Positions 35,900 through 47,530 of a stretch of 64,000 nucleotides of DNA are shown here, in pieces. Source of the stretch: Octopus sinensis (lineage: Eukaryota); contig NC_043004.1 of NCBI RefSeq assembly GCF_006345805.1, positions 21,576,001 through 21,640,000 on the forward strand, read 5' to 3'. Position 1 is the stretch's first letter; every line of letters starts with the position of its first letter. A program made the position numbers and the translations under genes. The notes beneath the pieces are model-generated. The model was not told the DNA's origin and searched no databases. It was given only the letters and a program-made list of their open reading frames with translations.

Positions 35900-38800
35900 A
35901 TATAATTTTACACACACACACACACACACTTATTCTTATAACCTCATAATAGTTCTGTATATATTTACATACTATAAGAAGCAAGAATATGAATAAATAT
36001 AATGTATGGCTACAGTTAGTAATTTGATGCAAAAGCATAAAAGAGAACCACTGAAATGTCATGAGAAATTCCTATAAATATGTTAATATAGACGTTAGTT
36101 GTTTAACATTCATAAGTTTCTATGATTAGACCACAATAAAGTTGTTTAGAAGAATAAAAATCAAGCTTCTTTTCATTTGTTCTTTTTCTGTATTTTTTCG
36201 TATATAAAATAACAAATTGAGATATCAGAATTAAGTTAGGATATTTCTTGTGTGTTATCTATTTATGATTTTCTCCATCTGTTTTTTTTAAACCTGAAGC
36301 TAGATGGTTCCACGAATTTCGATATCGTGCATGAGCAGTTTTAGAAGGGGGTGTTATTTACAGTTGGATGCTCTTCTTAACGCTACCTAATCAACTGTGA
36401 ACTAGAGGAGGTAATAGTTGTTTTCCACTACGGTTTACGACAAAGTCATATAGAAGAATACTGTTGTTGCCTGAAGATACAATATAATGAGCATAATAAT
36501 GCTTAAGCTTGTGTATATGTGAGTTGGCAGTCTGCGTTCTAGTAATACGTATATTGCAACATCGACATTCTCATATACAAACACGGAAGATCTCGGTACA
36601 ATTTTAGTGACAAAGACCCTCAACATTCCCTCGATTTTATTTTTTTACACCTTAGTACATTAGTGTGTCAGCCCACACAGATAATGACGTAATTACATTT
36701 ATTTTCTATATTTGATATAGCTTTTTTGAACAAACATGCATGAGTATAATATTCGTCAAAGATACTATTAATAATTCCAAAGTTGTTATCGTGTTAGTTC
36801 CACATTTTTCTGTGTTTAAAATGTAATTCAGTTTCAATGATCATTTATTGGTTTATTATGAGTGTCAACAAAAAGATACTTAGCAGTCTAGTTTTGTTTC
36901 CTGAGTTCAAGGAGAATTGAGTAGTATGATCAACCGCACCATTTTCTAAAAACGTCCTCTTTTATAATCTGGTGTTGGACTGTACATAGTGAGGTCTCAG
37001 ATTTGAGGTGTAATGATAATTATTAATAAGAGAATTATGTATTTGATTGGTAGAAACGTTATGAGCCATGAATAAATGAATTGCGGTATTATTCTCGTTC
37101 TTACGTAATATGTTCAAAGCGCGGCCAGATCATCTATGTTTTTCATCCTTTCAAGTTCGATAAAATAAAGTGGTATTTGTGCTGGCTCATTGTTTTCCGA
37201 GTTCACATATGACAACATTGGTGTCAACCTTTATAAGGCTCTTATCTTTTCCATGGACAACATCGGCAGCGTGGATAGAGGAGTTTGGTTGCAATTAATG
37301 GTCTTGCATACAAAAAGGAAGGAAAACTGTACAGGCCTGTGTCTTGGAGAGAAAATTTTCATCTACAGATCTCAGATATATAGTCCACCTTGACCGACAG
37401 AAGCCTTAGCGTGTAATCCTTTTACTAGTCATGTTATTATTGCGCACATTCACCGAATACCAGCATCCTGTACTTGGAAAGTATGTTGTGTTGTGATTGT
37501 GGCTGCTGTATAGTGAGCACCCAACACAATTTGTGTTGAATGTCTAGCTGTGATATTTGTTGGTGGATAAGTTTTTATATCTATTTGTTTCTAGTTGTTT
37601 TAGTTTTATCATGCTAGTCGTCTATTATTAATAGTGCTTTGAATTCCACCATATTTCTAGTTCCAGATTCACAAATTTCTATAGATTTTTAACTTCTTTT
37701 ACATACATATTGATGTTGGTAGGAGGTGAAACATTGAAAGCTTCTTTATTTGTTGTTTTTATTTGTAAAATATCTCAGCGGTTTGTTCTAAATGGTCTGG
37801 TCCATATAAATCGATATCTTTTAGAGTATCTTCACGATGTTGATAATTCAAGAACAACGATGATAGCTTTCATTTTCTTTTCTCTGTATTTTCTGATATT
37901 GCATAATTCTTACATATTTTCCATTGCTTGAATCTTCCAATTAATCTTGACATATCTAGTTATATCTGAGACTAAGTTGTCAGAAACAATAATGTTGATT
38001 GTTTCTTCACTACACAAACCTATTCTGAAGCAACTCCGTATAATAGACTTTATCATGTTTTGTTAGTTACTGGTGGAAAAGACTTGTGATATCAACGAAA
38101 CCTCTTCTGACATGGTATTGTATATAGTATACAATTCTGCTTTCTATTTCTGTAAAATATTGACCATTCTCGGTGGGGTTTTTTTTTTGTGAAAATCTTA
38201 TGATATTTTGCAGTTTGATTTTTATTGAAACTTTTTGAAAATGAATTCTCTTAATGTTTTTGCACCCTCCTTGTACATTTCATCTATATCAGCTTCTGTT
38301 TCATATCTATTGACATCACTGAAGATGGAAAACATTTTTGTATGGTTCAATTTTAAAAGGTTTCTGCAATATTTTCCTGTATTCTTTATTTGATATTCTA
38401 GTAGAGCAGATATTTTATAATAATTCTCTAATCACACGATGTTTTTACCTTCCTTTATTATGGTAAAAATAATGTTTCGGAGTCACTTATTAGGCAATGT
38501 ATTGGAATCATAGTGATATTTTTTCGTGTAGTGTTGATAATTTCTTTACCTCAAAGTTACAATAAGACAACTATAGTAGCTATAACTATAACCTAATTTT
38601 AGGCATTTAGCCTAGTTTATTGAAATAAATTCCTCTGCGTGCATTATAATTCTTCCTAAATCTTATATTATGTGTGTGCTATCTCATTATTTCTGTGTAT
38701 CTATTCTGTATTTGGCCTAAGGCTTTTAATTCTCTTTCTTCATTTAACATAATGTTTGTAATATTGTAGTATTTAATGATAATCGCTTCTGAGAAACGGT

Positions 38801-38949
38801 AATGCAAAGTGAGTTTTTATTTCACTCACAAGAGAAAAAAATAGTAGAGGATTGCAGAAAGGGTAGAACATCGATCCAGTAACTTGTAACATTTTGTTTC
38901 GTCTCTATTAAGTATAAGTTCAATTCTCAACAGTATATTGAGTTCCATG

Positions 38950-39440
38950 TTAGATAGCTGCAGTTGTGTCGTCGAAGTAGGGCAGTTTAAGGAAGCCCTT
39001 TTCCGACTTGGCGTCATGGACTGGCTTATGTTTTTTTACTTACTTTCGTGTTTCGTGGATGCAGTCGTTTAGCTGCAGATAGTGGATAGCCGTTGTGGGC
39101 TAAGTTCCTGAGGAACCACTTGGTGTCTGTAGCTTTTTCCGTTGCTTCGCTGCATCTGTTTATTATTCGTGTGATCTCATTCTGCACAGAAGCAAGTTTG
39201 GACCCAGGTTCGTGGGTTTTCACATTGCGGTAGAAAGAGGGGTGGTGGATAATTTTATATGTGAAATTGAGCCTAATCTCAGAGAGCTTTCTATTGTGGC
39301 AAATGTTGGTCCACCAGACGTTAATCTTGGGTTCAAGCTTACTAGGTGTGGTGTGTGCTTTTTGGTATAGTGTGGTGTCATTGAAATATTTGATTGTTAA
39401 TTTGTCGTAAGTGGACCTATCTATGTCGCAGAATTCCTTC
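38950..39440 (-). pseudogene. Second PLE RT fragment (motif 5 to thumb/linker), decayed
   Basis: KYFNDT (YxDD-like); HEPGSKLASVQNEITRIINRCSE...LAHNGYP; LKLPYF. Confidence 0.5.
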
Positions 39441-39727
39441 CCCCTGTCGAGGGTAGGTAGTCGAAGTCATTAGATCGTAGTTTTTTTCGGGTGAGGAATT
39501 GAAATTTTGTAAGACTGTGTGGTGGAGTGGGGCGTATATCGAATGTGTTAAAATGAATCAATTCTAGCTAATCTAGTGTTGAGTTCGAGGTTGTGTGGGG
39601 AATAGTGGAGTGTTGTTAAGGTGCTAAATGGGAAATCTTGAAGTAAAAAGAGGAGAGGAGGGCGGGATAGGAAGAAGAAGAGAGTGGGGGAACTGGGGGC
39701 GATGATGATGATGATGATGAAGACAAA

Positions 39728-40540
39728 ATGCTTGAACTCTTAAATATATTATTAATTTGTCACTGTTGGATAACTGAGAAAGTGCCTCAAGACTGGATTG
39801 ATGCCATTTTGGTCTCCTTGTATAAATCGGGACCAAAAAATGGGTGTGATAATTTTCGTGAGGTTTCGCTTTTGTCTGTGGTTGGAAAGGTACTTGCCCG
39901 CATTTTGTTAGAACGTTTAAATACCTATATTGTTCCAAATATAGTGTCTGAGTCCCGGTGTGGTTTTCGTTCCTCCAGTAGCACAGCTGATTGTAGCTTT
40001 ACTGTCAAATAATTATAAGAAAAGTACATTGAACAGAATCTTGCTCCATACCATTATTTGTTGATTTGAGCATAGCATTCGATACTGTTAATCGAAATGA
40101 TCTGTGGCTAATTCTAAGGAAAATAGGTTGCCCCCCAAAATTTGTAAACATGATCAAGGCTTTGCATCAAGATATGAAAGCTAGAGTTAACTTTGGTGGT
40201 AGGCTCTCTGAATCCTTTGCCTTGAAATAGGAGTAAAGCAAGGAGAACTTGATGCACCCCATCCTCTTTGAAATATACTTTGCTGTTGTGTTTTCACATG
40301 CATTTCAAAACTCTGAGGAGGCTATTTACATAAAATATCGAACAACAGGGAACATTTTTAATCTGACCAGACTGAAATTCAAACGAAGGTTTTTACTTCA
40401 CTCATTAGGGACCTTTTGTACGCTAACGATTGCGATCTTGTCAGTCACTCTGAAACACGTCTACATTCTCTTGTATTTGTATTTGACTCAGCTTGCGATG
40501 ATTTTGGTTTGACCATCAACTTGAAAAAAAAAAAACAGTG
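39728..40540 (+). pseudogene. RTE-clade reverse transcriptase fragment
   Basis: VPQDWIDAILVSLYK...DNFREVSLLSVVGKVLARILLERL...GFRS; AFDTVNR; VKQG..HPILFEIYF; FGLTINLKK. Confidence 0.88.
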
Positions 40541-40563
40541 TTGGGTAGCTTAGAACCAGACTG

Positions 40564-40650
40564 TCAAATTTTAGGCATTATCGAAAAGTCTATTTTTCTA
40601 CGCACTAGATGATGGTCACTCCAGCCCTCTACCCTTCTCATAGCCCGAAC
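40564..40650 (-). pseudogene. RTE AP-endonuclease C-terminal fragment, inverted
   Basis: [18 protein letters not shown] resembles the RTE motif RAMRGA.CWTDHRLV. Confidence 0.5.
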
Positions 40651-40670
40651 GCATACATACATATATATAT

Positions 40671-40702
<32 letters not shown>

Positions 40703-41088
40703 CATACATACACATACACACACACACATATATATATATACACATACCTAGATACATGCATACATACACACACACATATATATATATACATATATACATA
40801 CATATATATATATATATACATACATCTATATATATACATATACATGCATACATCTATATATATATATGCATATATATACATACATCTATATATATATAGA
40901 TATGTACATATATATATACATATATATATATATACATATATATACATATATATACATATATATATATATATATACATACATCTATATATATATATATATA
41001 ATATACATATATATATATATATACACGCATATATATATATATATATACATACATACACATACACACACACATATATATATCTATATAC

Positions 41089-41135
<47 letters not shown>

Positions 41136-41162
41136 CATAATATATATATATATATATATTAC

Positions 41163-41195
<33 letters not shown>

Positions 41196-41258
41196 CACGC
41201 ATATATATATATATATAACATATATATATATACACACACAATATATATATCTATATAC

Positions 41259-41289
<31 letters not shown>

Positions 41290-41461
41290 ATACATATATA
41301 TATATAATATATATATATACATATATATATACACATATATATATACATATATATATATACATATATATATATATACATATATTATATATATACATATATA
41401 TATATACATATATATATACATATATATAATATATATACATATATATATATATATACATATT

Positions 41462-41520
<59 letters not shown>
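40650..41520. repeat. ~870-bp imperfect (TA)n/(TACA)n microsatellite
   Basis: Direct reading. Confidence 0.95.
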
Positions 41521-41700
41521 GATGGTTGACCGCTAGCCACTAAAGCTTCTTTATTCTCTCAGTTCATTTTCTCGTGTTCCATTTTGTAGAAGAGAGTAGG
41601 CTCGATACGTAAAAGACTTTCTCACCTTCCCGAGCGTTAAACCAATACACCTGTTTTTTGTTTACACACCTGTCTTCGTCTTTTGGTTTTTGTAAATTCC
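41520..41700 (+). mobile_element. Repeat related to family H, with decayed hammerhead
   Basis: ttttgtagaagagagtaggctcgatacgtaaaagactttctcaccttcccgagcgtt aligns to 16157-16225. Confidence 0.45.
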
Positions 41701-42184
41701 AACTATATACATACAAATACACACACATATATACATATATACATACATGTACGCTTTCGAAATGAATAACGGCCCTCTCACCTAGTTTTATCAAGGTGAG
41801 TAAGGTGTTGTGAACACTTCGCATATCTAAGTCAAAATCTGTCGAAGGACGAATAAGCTCATTGTGACCCAACAGTTATCCATACGAGGGTAACCCATAA
41901 AAACATCCTGCATCTGGGCTTGAGAACCACGGTGCTGCAACTAGATTGCAGCCATGAAAATTTCAATAAAAGACATGTGCTCTCGAGTTGTAATTGACGT
42001 TCATGAGTGAATTGGCGTGTAACAAAGAGGTTCATTCAGGTTAAGTGAATTTAGTGGAGTTGTGCGGATTAGCCAGGTGAACAAAACTATCTCGAGCAGA
42101 TGACTTGGATGGCATTAGTAAAATATCTGTAGTCTGACATAAATCTGTAAATCTTCTGCATAAATTTAATTTGCTTTAACTGTT

Positions 42185-42395
42185 GGTTTCAACTGTTGGC
42201 ACAAGGCCAGCAATTTCAGTGAGAAGGGGATAAGTCGATTACATCGGCCTGTGTCTAACTGGTACTTTCTTTATCAGCTACGAAAGGATGAAAAGCAAAG
42301 TCCACCTCGGCGGAATTTGAACTCAGAACCTGAAGGCAGATGAAATGCCGCTAACCTTTTTTTCCAGTATGCTTATGATTCTGTCATTGCCGCCT
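42185..42395 (-). mobile_element. SINE family 2, near full length
   Basis: Minus head aaggcggc...cagaatcataagc...gttctgagttcaaattccgccgagg; tail ccttgtgccaacagttgaaacc. Confidence 0.75.
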
Positions 42396-43530
42396 TAAAT
42401 TTGTTTTAAATATTAAACGGAATATTTACACCTGCTCCTGCTTGCTGTTATCACTGATAATGTCAACTTTTAGACAGAGCTGAGAAGGAAGATAGAACGA
42501 AAGGAAGCTGTTACTGTTTTTCAGTCTTCATTCTCGTATCAAGCTATTTAATTCTACAAAGCTCAATGTACAGACTGTTTGATCACATCAGAAAAGAAGA
42601 ACGGTACCCATGACATTCTCCTGTACCTCTGGGATTGGTGAAATCAAGGTGTGACTTTATTGTCAGACAGGTTACCTATTCCTACAGGAAAATATTTAAG
42701 ACTCCACGTTAAACTGGGTGACGGTTTACGTATCCCACATAAAGGTACAGTCAATCCCTTCAGCTCTGAATTTATAAATTTAGTTAATTTTATTGTTAAT
42801 GATTTGACCGACCTGTTTGTTGACTAAAGTCTAAAATCTGTAGTGGGTGATTTGCTTAAACAGATTGTGGTAAACATGAAGCTTTGGTAGAGGACGCTCA
42901 AGGTACAGGGCAGGGAAGTTGAACTCGAAATTACATAGTTAAGAAAGTGAAATTTTGACAGTTCACAGGCACACACCCACCATCCTTGTAAACACAAGCA
43001 AATTAATTACAAATCCAACCGACGTCAAATAGAAATATATCACATTAAAATATTGGATTGTACTTAATCAACTTACTGTATTTAATTGCATTGATTTATT
43101 TCCTCTTTGCTAGTTTCAATATTTCAGCTTCACTCGTATCCCCAAATTATAATTATGAGTCATTGTCTTTGACAAAATTGTAAGACAGATAGAAGCAGGA
43201 AAAACAAAGAATAAGTACATCAACTTACGTTTGTTTATTAAATTTTTTCCATAAATATCTCCAAGAATATGACCTTATAATGAACTTATCCAAACTATTA
43301 AAAGCAAGAATAACATTATCTAAATGGAAGGAATCACTTTAAGAAGTCATTTGTATTTAAAATTTCAAATGTATATTTTGGATATTGTCCATATTCTTTC
43401 TACGTATAAAATTTCCGTAACCATCCTTTAGAATATTCTCAATTTTAAAATGTAGTCACTATATTTTCAATAGCATATTGTTATTAATGTTGTGAATGCC
43501 AGTGTATCTGTCTGTTTCTATGGTTCATAT

Positions 43531-43533
<3 letters not shown>

Positions 43534-43587
<54 letters not shown>
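43534..43587. repeat. (CT)n microsatellite
   Basis: Direct reading. Confidence 0.95.
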
Positions 43588-43593
<6 letters not shown>

Positions 43594-44589
43594 CTCCACA
43601 CTCGTGCACACGTGCGCTCATACGCCCACATATGCGTATATCATTCTCTCGAATCATCCAGCCACCCATCCACCCAATAGGTCTTCTCACTATTTCGATG
43701 TACCAAATTCCATTTCATTCAGAATGTTTTGATTGACCTGAAGGCATGTTATAAGATTGTTATCCAAGGTTATATATATATTTATATATATTGCAATCGA
43801 ACTCCTAAGCAGGTATTTCGGAAAGCACAATGTTCATGTTTATGCTATTCATTTCCATGTTAAATCTTATTTTCTCATATGGACTCCAGACATTAGATTG
43901 ATTAAGTTAGATGAAACTGGAATATAGAGTGTTAATGATTTTGGCAGAGGGAGAAAAAAAGCGTGTAAATGAGAACGGTTGACGTTCAAAGCTGGACAGA
44001 TATTCACGGATTTATTAGACTGATTATGATTATACGATTTTCTACGGGTGCAGGCGTGGTTATACAGTAAGAATTTTGCCTCCCAACCACGTAGTTCCCA
44101 GTTCAGTTCTACTGAGTGGCATTGTGGTCAAGTGTCTTTGAGTCACTCGAGAATTCATAGTTTTTTCGAAAAACTGGTAACTACTAATACCCTCGACTGA
44201 GGACATTCTACATTTCTATGCTTTTTTTTCTCGCTCCGATATTGGAATACTTAGCTTACGTAGAGTTATTTACTCAATAACATATGATCCACATGCTTTT
44301 TTTTCTAGAAACAGGTGTAAGATGCTTTAAATATTAATTTTCACTACACTGCACTATGTTTACATTATGAATTAAAATTTCCAGAATGATGCCGAAATGT
44401 TTTCTTGTTCATTATCTGTGTTAATGTAATTTTACCTGCTCGATGACGAAATACTTCTACACATCTATATTAGACTTTTTCAGTACCATGTTTTTCACTT
44501 GCAGAAAAAAGCCAGAGTTTTAGTAAACCAAATTCTGCATTCATAGTACATAGCTATTACATTAAATCCATTGACGAAATTTTTTTTGC

Positions 44590-45024
44590 GTGTGTATATA
44601 TATATATGTATATATATGCGTATATATGTGAACATATATATGTATATATATGCGTATATATGCGTATATATGTGAACATATATATGTATATATATATATG
44701 TACATATACATGTATACATATGTATATATATATATGTGTGTATATATGTGTATATATGGATAGATGTATATGTATACGTATATAAATATGTATATATATA
44801 TATATATATATATGGTTATATATGTTTACATATATACATGTATATGTATACATATATATATATATATACATATACATGTATATATATATACATAAATAAA
44901 CACATATATATCTATATATATCCATATATATATGTAATATATATATATAGGCATATATTCATACATGTATCTACATACTGACTTACATAGGTATATACAC
45001 ACACACACATACACACACACACAC

Positions 45025-45058
<34 letters not shown>

Positions 45059-45250
45059 CATACATACATACATATGTACATATGTATATATGTATCAATA
45101 TATGAACATGTATATGTATATATGTGTATGTATACTACCGTGATCACCGTGACCGACCAGGCTATCAGATGTGAAAACGAGAGCATATTGTATCTTTATT
45201 CAACTGATTTATTATTCTACACACACCTATAGAAAATTCGAACAACTATA

Positions 45251-45315
<65 letters not shown>

Positions 45316-45360
45316 GTGTGTGTGTGTGTGTGTGTGTGTGTTGTGTGTGTGTGTGTGTGT
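44590..45360. repeat. Compound TA/CA/TG microsatellite region
   Basis: Direct reading. Confidence 0.9.
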
Positions 45361-45876
45361 GTCTTTATGTTCTGTGGTTGTTCTCTATGTGAATAAGGTG
45401 TTGCCTTGTTTACGCTCCTTTTACTTAGTTTAACTTTAAAGCATAAGAACTGTTTCTACAAAATTCAAGACTGTGCTCAAGAATAGCCCCAATCCAATGA
45501 CTGAAACCAAAAAAGAGTAAAAAGGAAACGTATTCAATTTTTACTAGAGCTAAAAATATGGTATTCGTACAGAGGAGTGAGCTGATAGGATTTCTACGAC
45601 TTAGTCAAGAACCTTGAATGAATAGCTTTCAGCTCTCAGTTGAAAGATGAGATCATACGGAACACTCAATTCAAACAGCTTCAGAAACGATAAACAAGAA
45701 TAAGTGGTCCTGCAGCGCTCACTAGCAACGTTATTTAATACGGTTTGAATTGTAAATGTAAAACGAAATACTCTATAAACATTCATTACTAACCTCCTCT
45801 GAGAGTTACAAATACTGTGTAGCAATATATTTCATTAAAGTAGTCAGTACTTCACCACTTTATATACATATATATA

Positions 45877-45911
<35 letters not shown>

Positions 45912-45969
45912 ACATTATTGGTGAATTGAAGAAATGGAGCTGAACGCAGATTGAACAGAAATCGTTTTA

Positions 45970-46059
45970 TTTCATTCTACACGTGTTTCGAAAGGCACAA
46001 ATTACCAAAATCCGATTGAATAATGGGACCATATTGTGTCTTTCTCTTCAGGAAGAAAA
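45970..46059 (-). ncRNA. Type I hammerhead ribozyme, intact core (family B)
   Basis: Same motif as 47161-47250, on the minus strand. Confidence 0.8.
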
Positions 46060-47160
46060 AAGGAAATCCGTTGGAAAAACAAAAACAGAACAGAGGCGGA
46101 GCAAAAAACAAATCGAACTGTGCTCCTAAGAGCCCATGGCGAAACTGTTTATCAGTGTATGTTGAGAACCGGTGGCTGAAGAATTCAACGGGTCAGGCAT
46201 CGGTCAATCATGTGGGTGAGGGTGTATAGATGTTCTTTGTGACCGAGAATAAAGTTCTGACTATTTAAGGAATATTGGATGTTTTATAAGGGGCGAGAAA
46301 AAATCTACTTAGAGACGTGTGTGTGTGTATACTGTTCTATATATGTGTGTGTTGGCGTAGGGGTAGAAAAATTGACCAAGCTATAGGCTGGAATGGTCAA
46401 TTTTGTCGGTGGCCCTCCCATTTGATAGGGGCAGAAGACAGTGCAACCTTTGTGTCTCCGAACTCTTCCATATTTTGTTTGCCAGAGGCCGGATGGTAAA
46501 CGGGCTCTTACAGTCGGCTTTTCGATGCCCCCATTGACGGCGTTACACTTATCTGGCCTTTAAATAGCGTTTATAAATAATACCGGCACCCATAGCCCTT
46601 GGTAACAAATTCTGAAATAGCCTTTAAGATATCTACGATTAACCACTGCAAGGGGAATTACTCCTGTAAGACAAACGGGGCTTGGTTTTCTCACAGCGGG
46701 GGGTTTCCTTGACAAGGCAGGCTTAAATGAACACACACACACATAAAACATAATATATATATATTTTTTAATTTTTTTTCTTTCTGCCACCCAACGGTTA
46801 TCACGGCAGTAGCCACTGACAGCCGAACGATCAAACGCACACACGTACACAAAAAATGTTTTCTACCCCTACGCCAACACACACATATATAGAACAGTAT
46901 ACACACACACACGTCTCTAAGTAGATTTTTTCTCGCCCCTTATAAAACATCCAATATTCCTTAAACTTTATTCTCGGTCACAAAGAACATCTATACACCC
47001 TCACCCACATGATTGACCGATGCCTGACCCGTTGAATTCTTCAGCCACCGGTTCTCAACATACACTGATAAACAGTTTCGCCATGGGCTCTTAGGAGCAC
47101 AGTTCGATTTGTTTTTTGCTCCGCCTCTGTTCTGTTTTTGTTTTTCCAACGGATTTCCTT

Positions 47161-47250
47161 TTTTCTTCCTGAAGAGAAAGACACAATATGGTCCCATTAT
47201 TCAATCGGATTTTGGTAATTTGTGCCTTTCGAAACACGTGTAGAATGAAA
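47161..47250 (+). ncRNA. Type I hammerhead ribozyme, intact core (family B)
   Basis: ttttcttc CTGAAGA(47169) GAAAGACACAA...TTGTGCCTTTC GAAA(47231) C-acgt-G TA^gaatgaaa; 10 of 11 pairs in stem II. Confidence 0.85.
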
Positions 47251-47465
47251 TAAAACGATTTCTGTTCAATCTGCGTTCAGCTCCATTTCTTCAATTCACC
47301 AATAATGTTTTAATTTCAATTATCCGCACCAACGCACGGTTGCAACGCCAGATGGTTGTACCTCCAACCGTGCTGTTTACTGCTGTGATTTTTGCTACTA
47401 AGGTATCGGTTAAACTTTTGATTAATCTACTACAAGATTATTCATCTTTCTATTTCACATAATAT

Positions 47466-47530
<65 letters not shown>

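Larger units (their letters stand above)
45911..47460. mobile_element. Family B element with 5' inverted duplication, inserted in (TA)n
   Basis: Arm 45911-46370 is the reverse complement of 46859-47309 apart from a 9-bp indel; 488-bp spacer; TA tracts at both ends; no RT ORF. Confidence 0.9.

Noticed and set aside
37400-38100. FVDITSLF / EETINII, resembling PLE RT motif 3 on minus
   Set aside because: Surrounding sequence is too degraded to support a call.
38319-38331. CTGAAGA-tg-GAAA
   Set aside because: No stem II or stem I; chance match.
40564-41458. Long ORFs of 170-225 aa (also at 18, 44-45, 52, 55 and 61-63 kb)
   Set aside because: They are translations of TA/CA/ATT microsatellites (YI, HT, CV, poly-L runs), not proteins.
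46400-46720. Twister- or HDV-like ribozyme in the family B spacer
   Set aside because: Partial resemblances (TAA..GCC, CCAAGCCC) could not be fitted to the required helix order.
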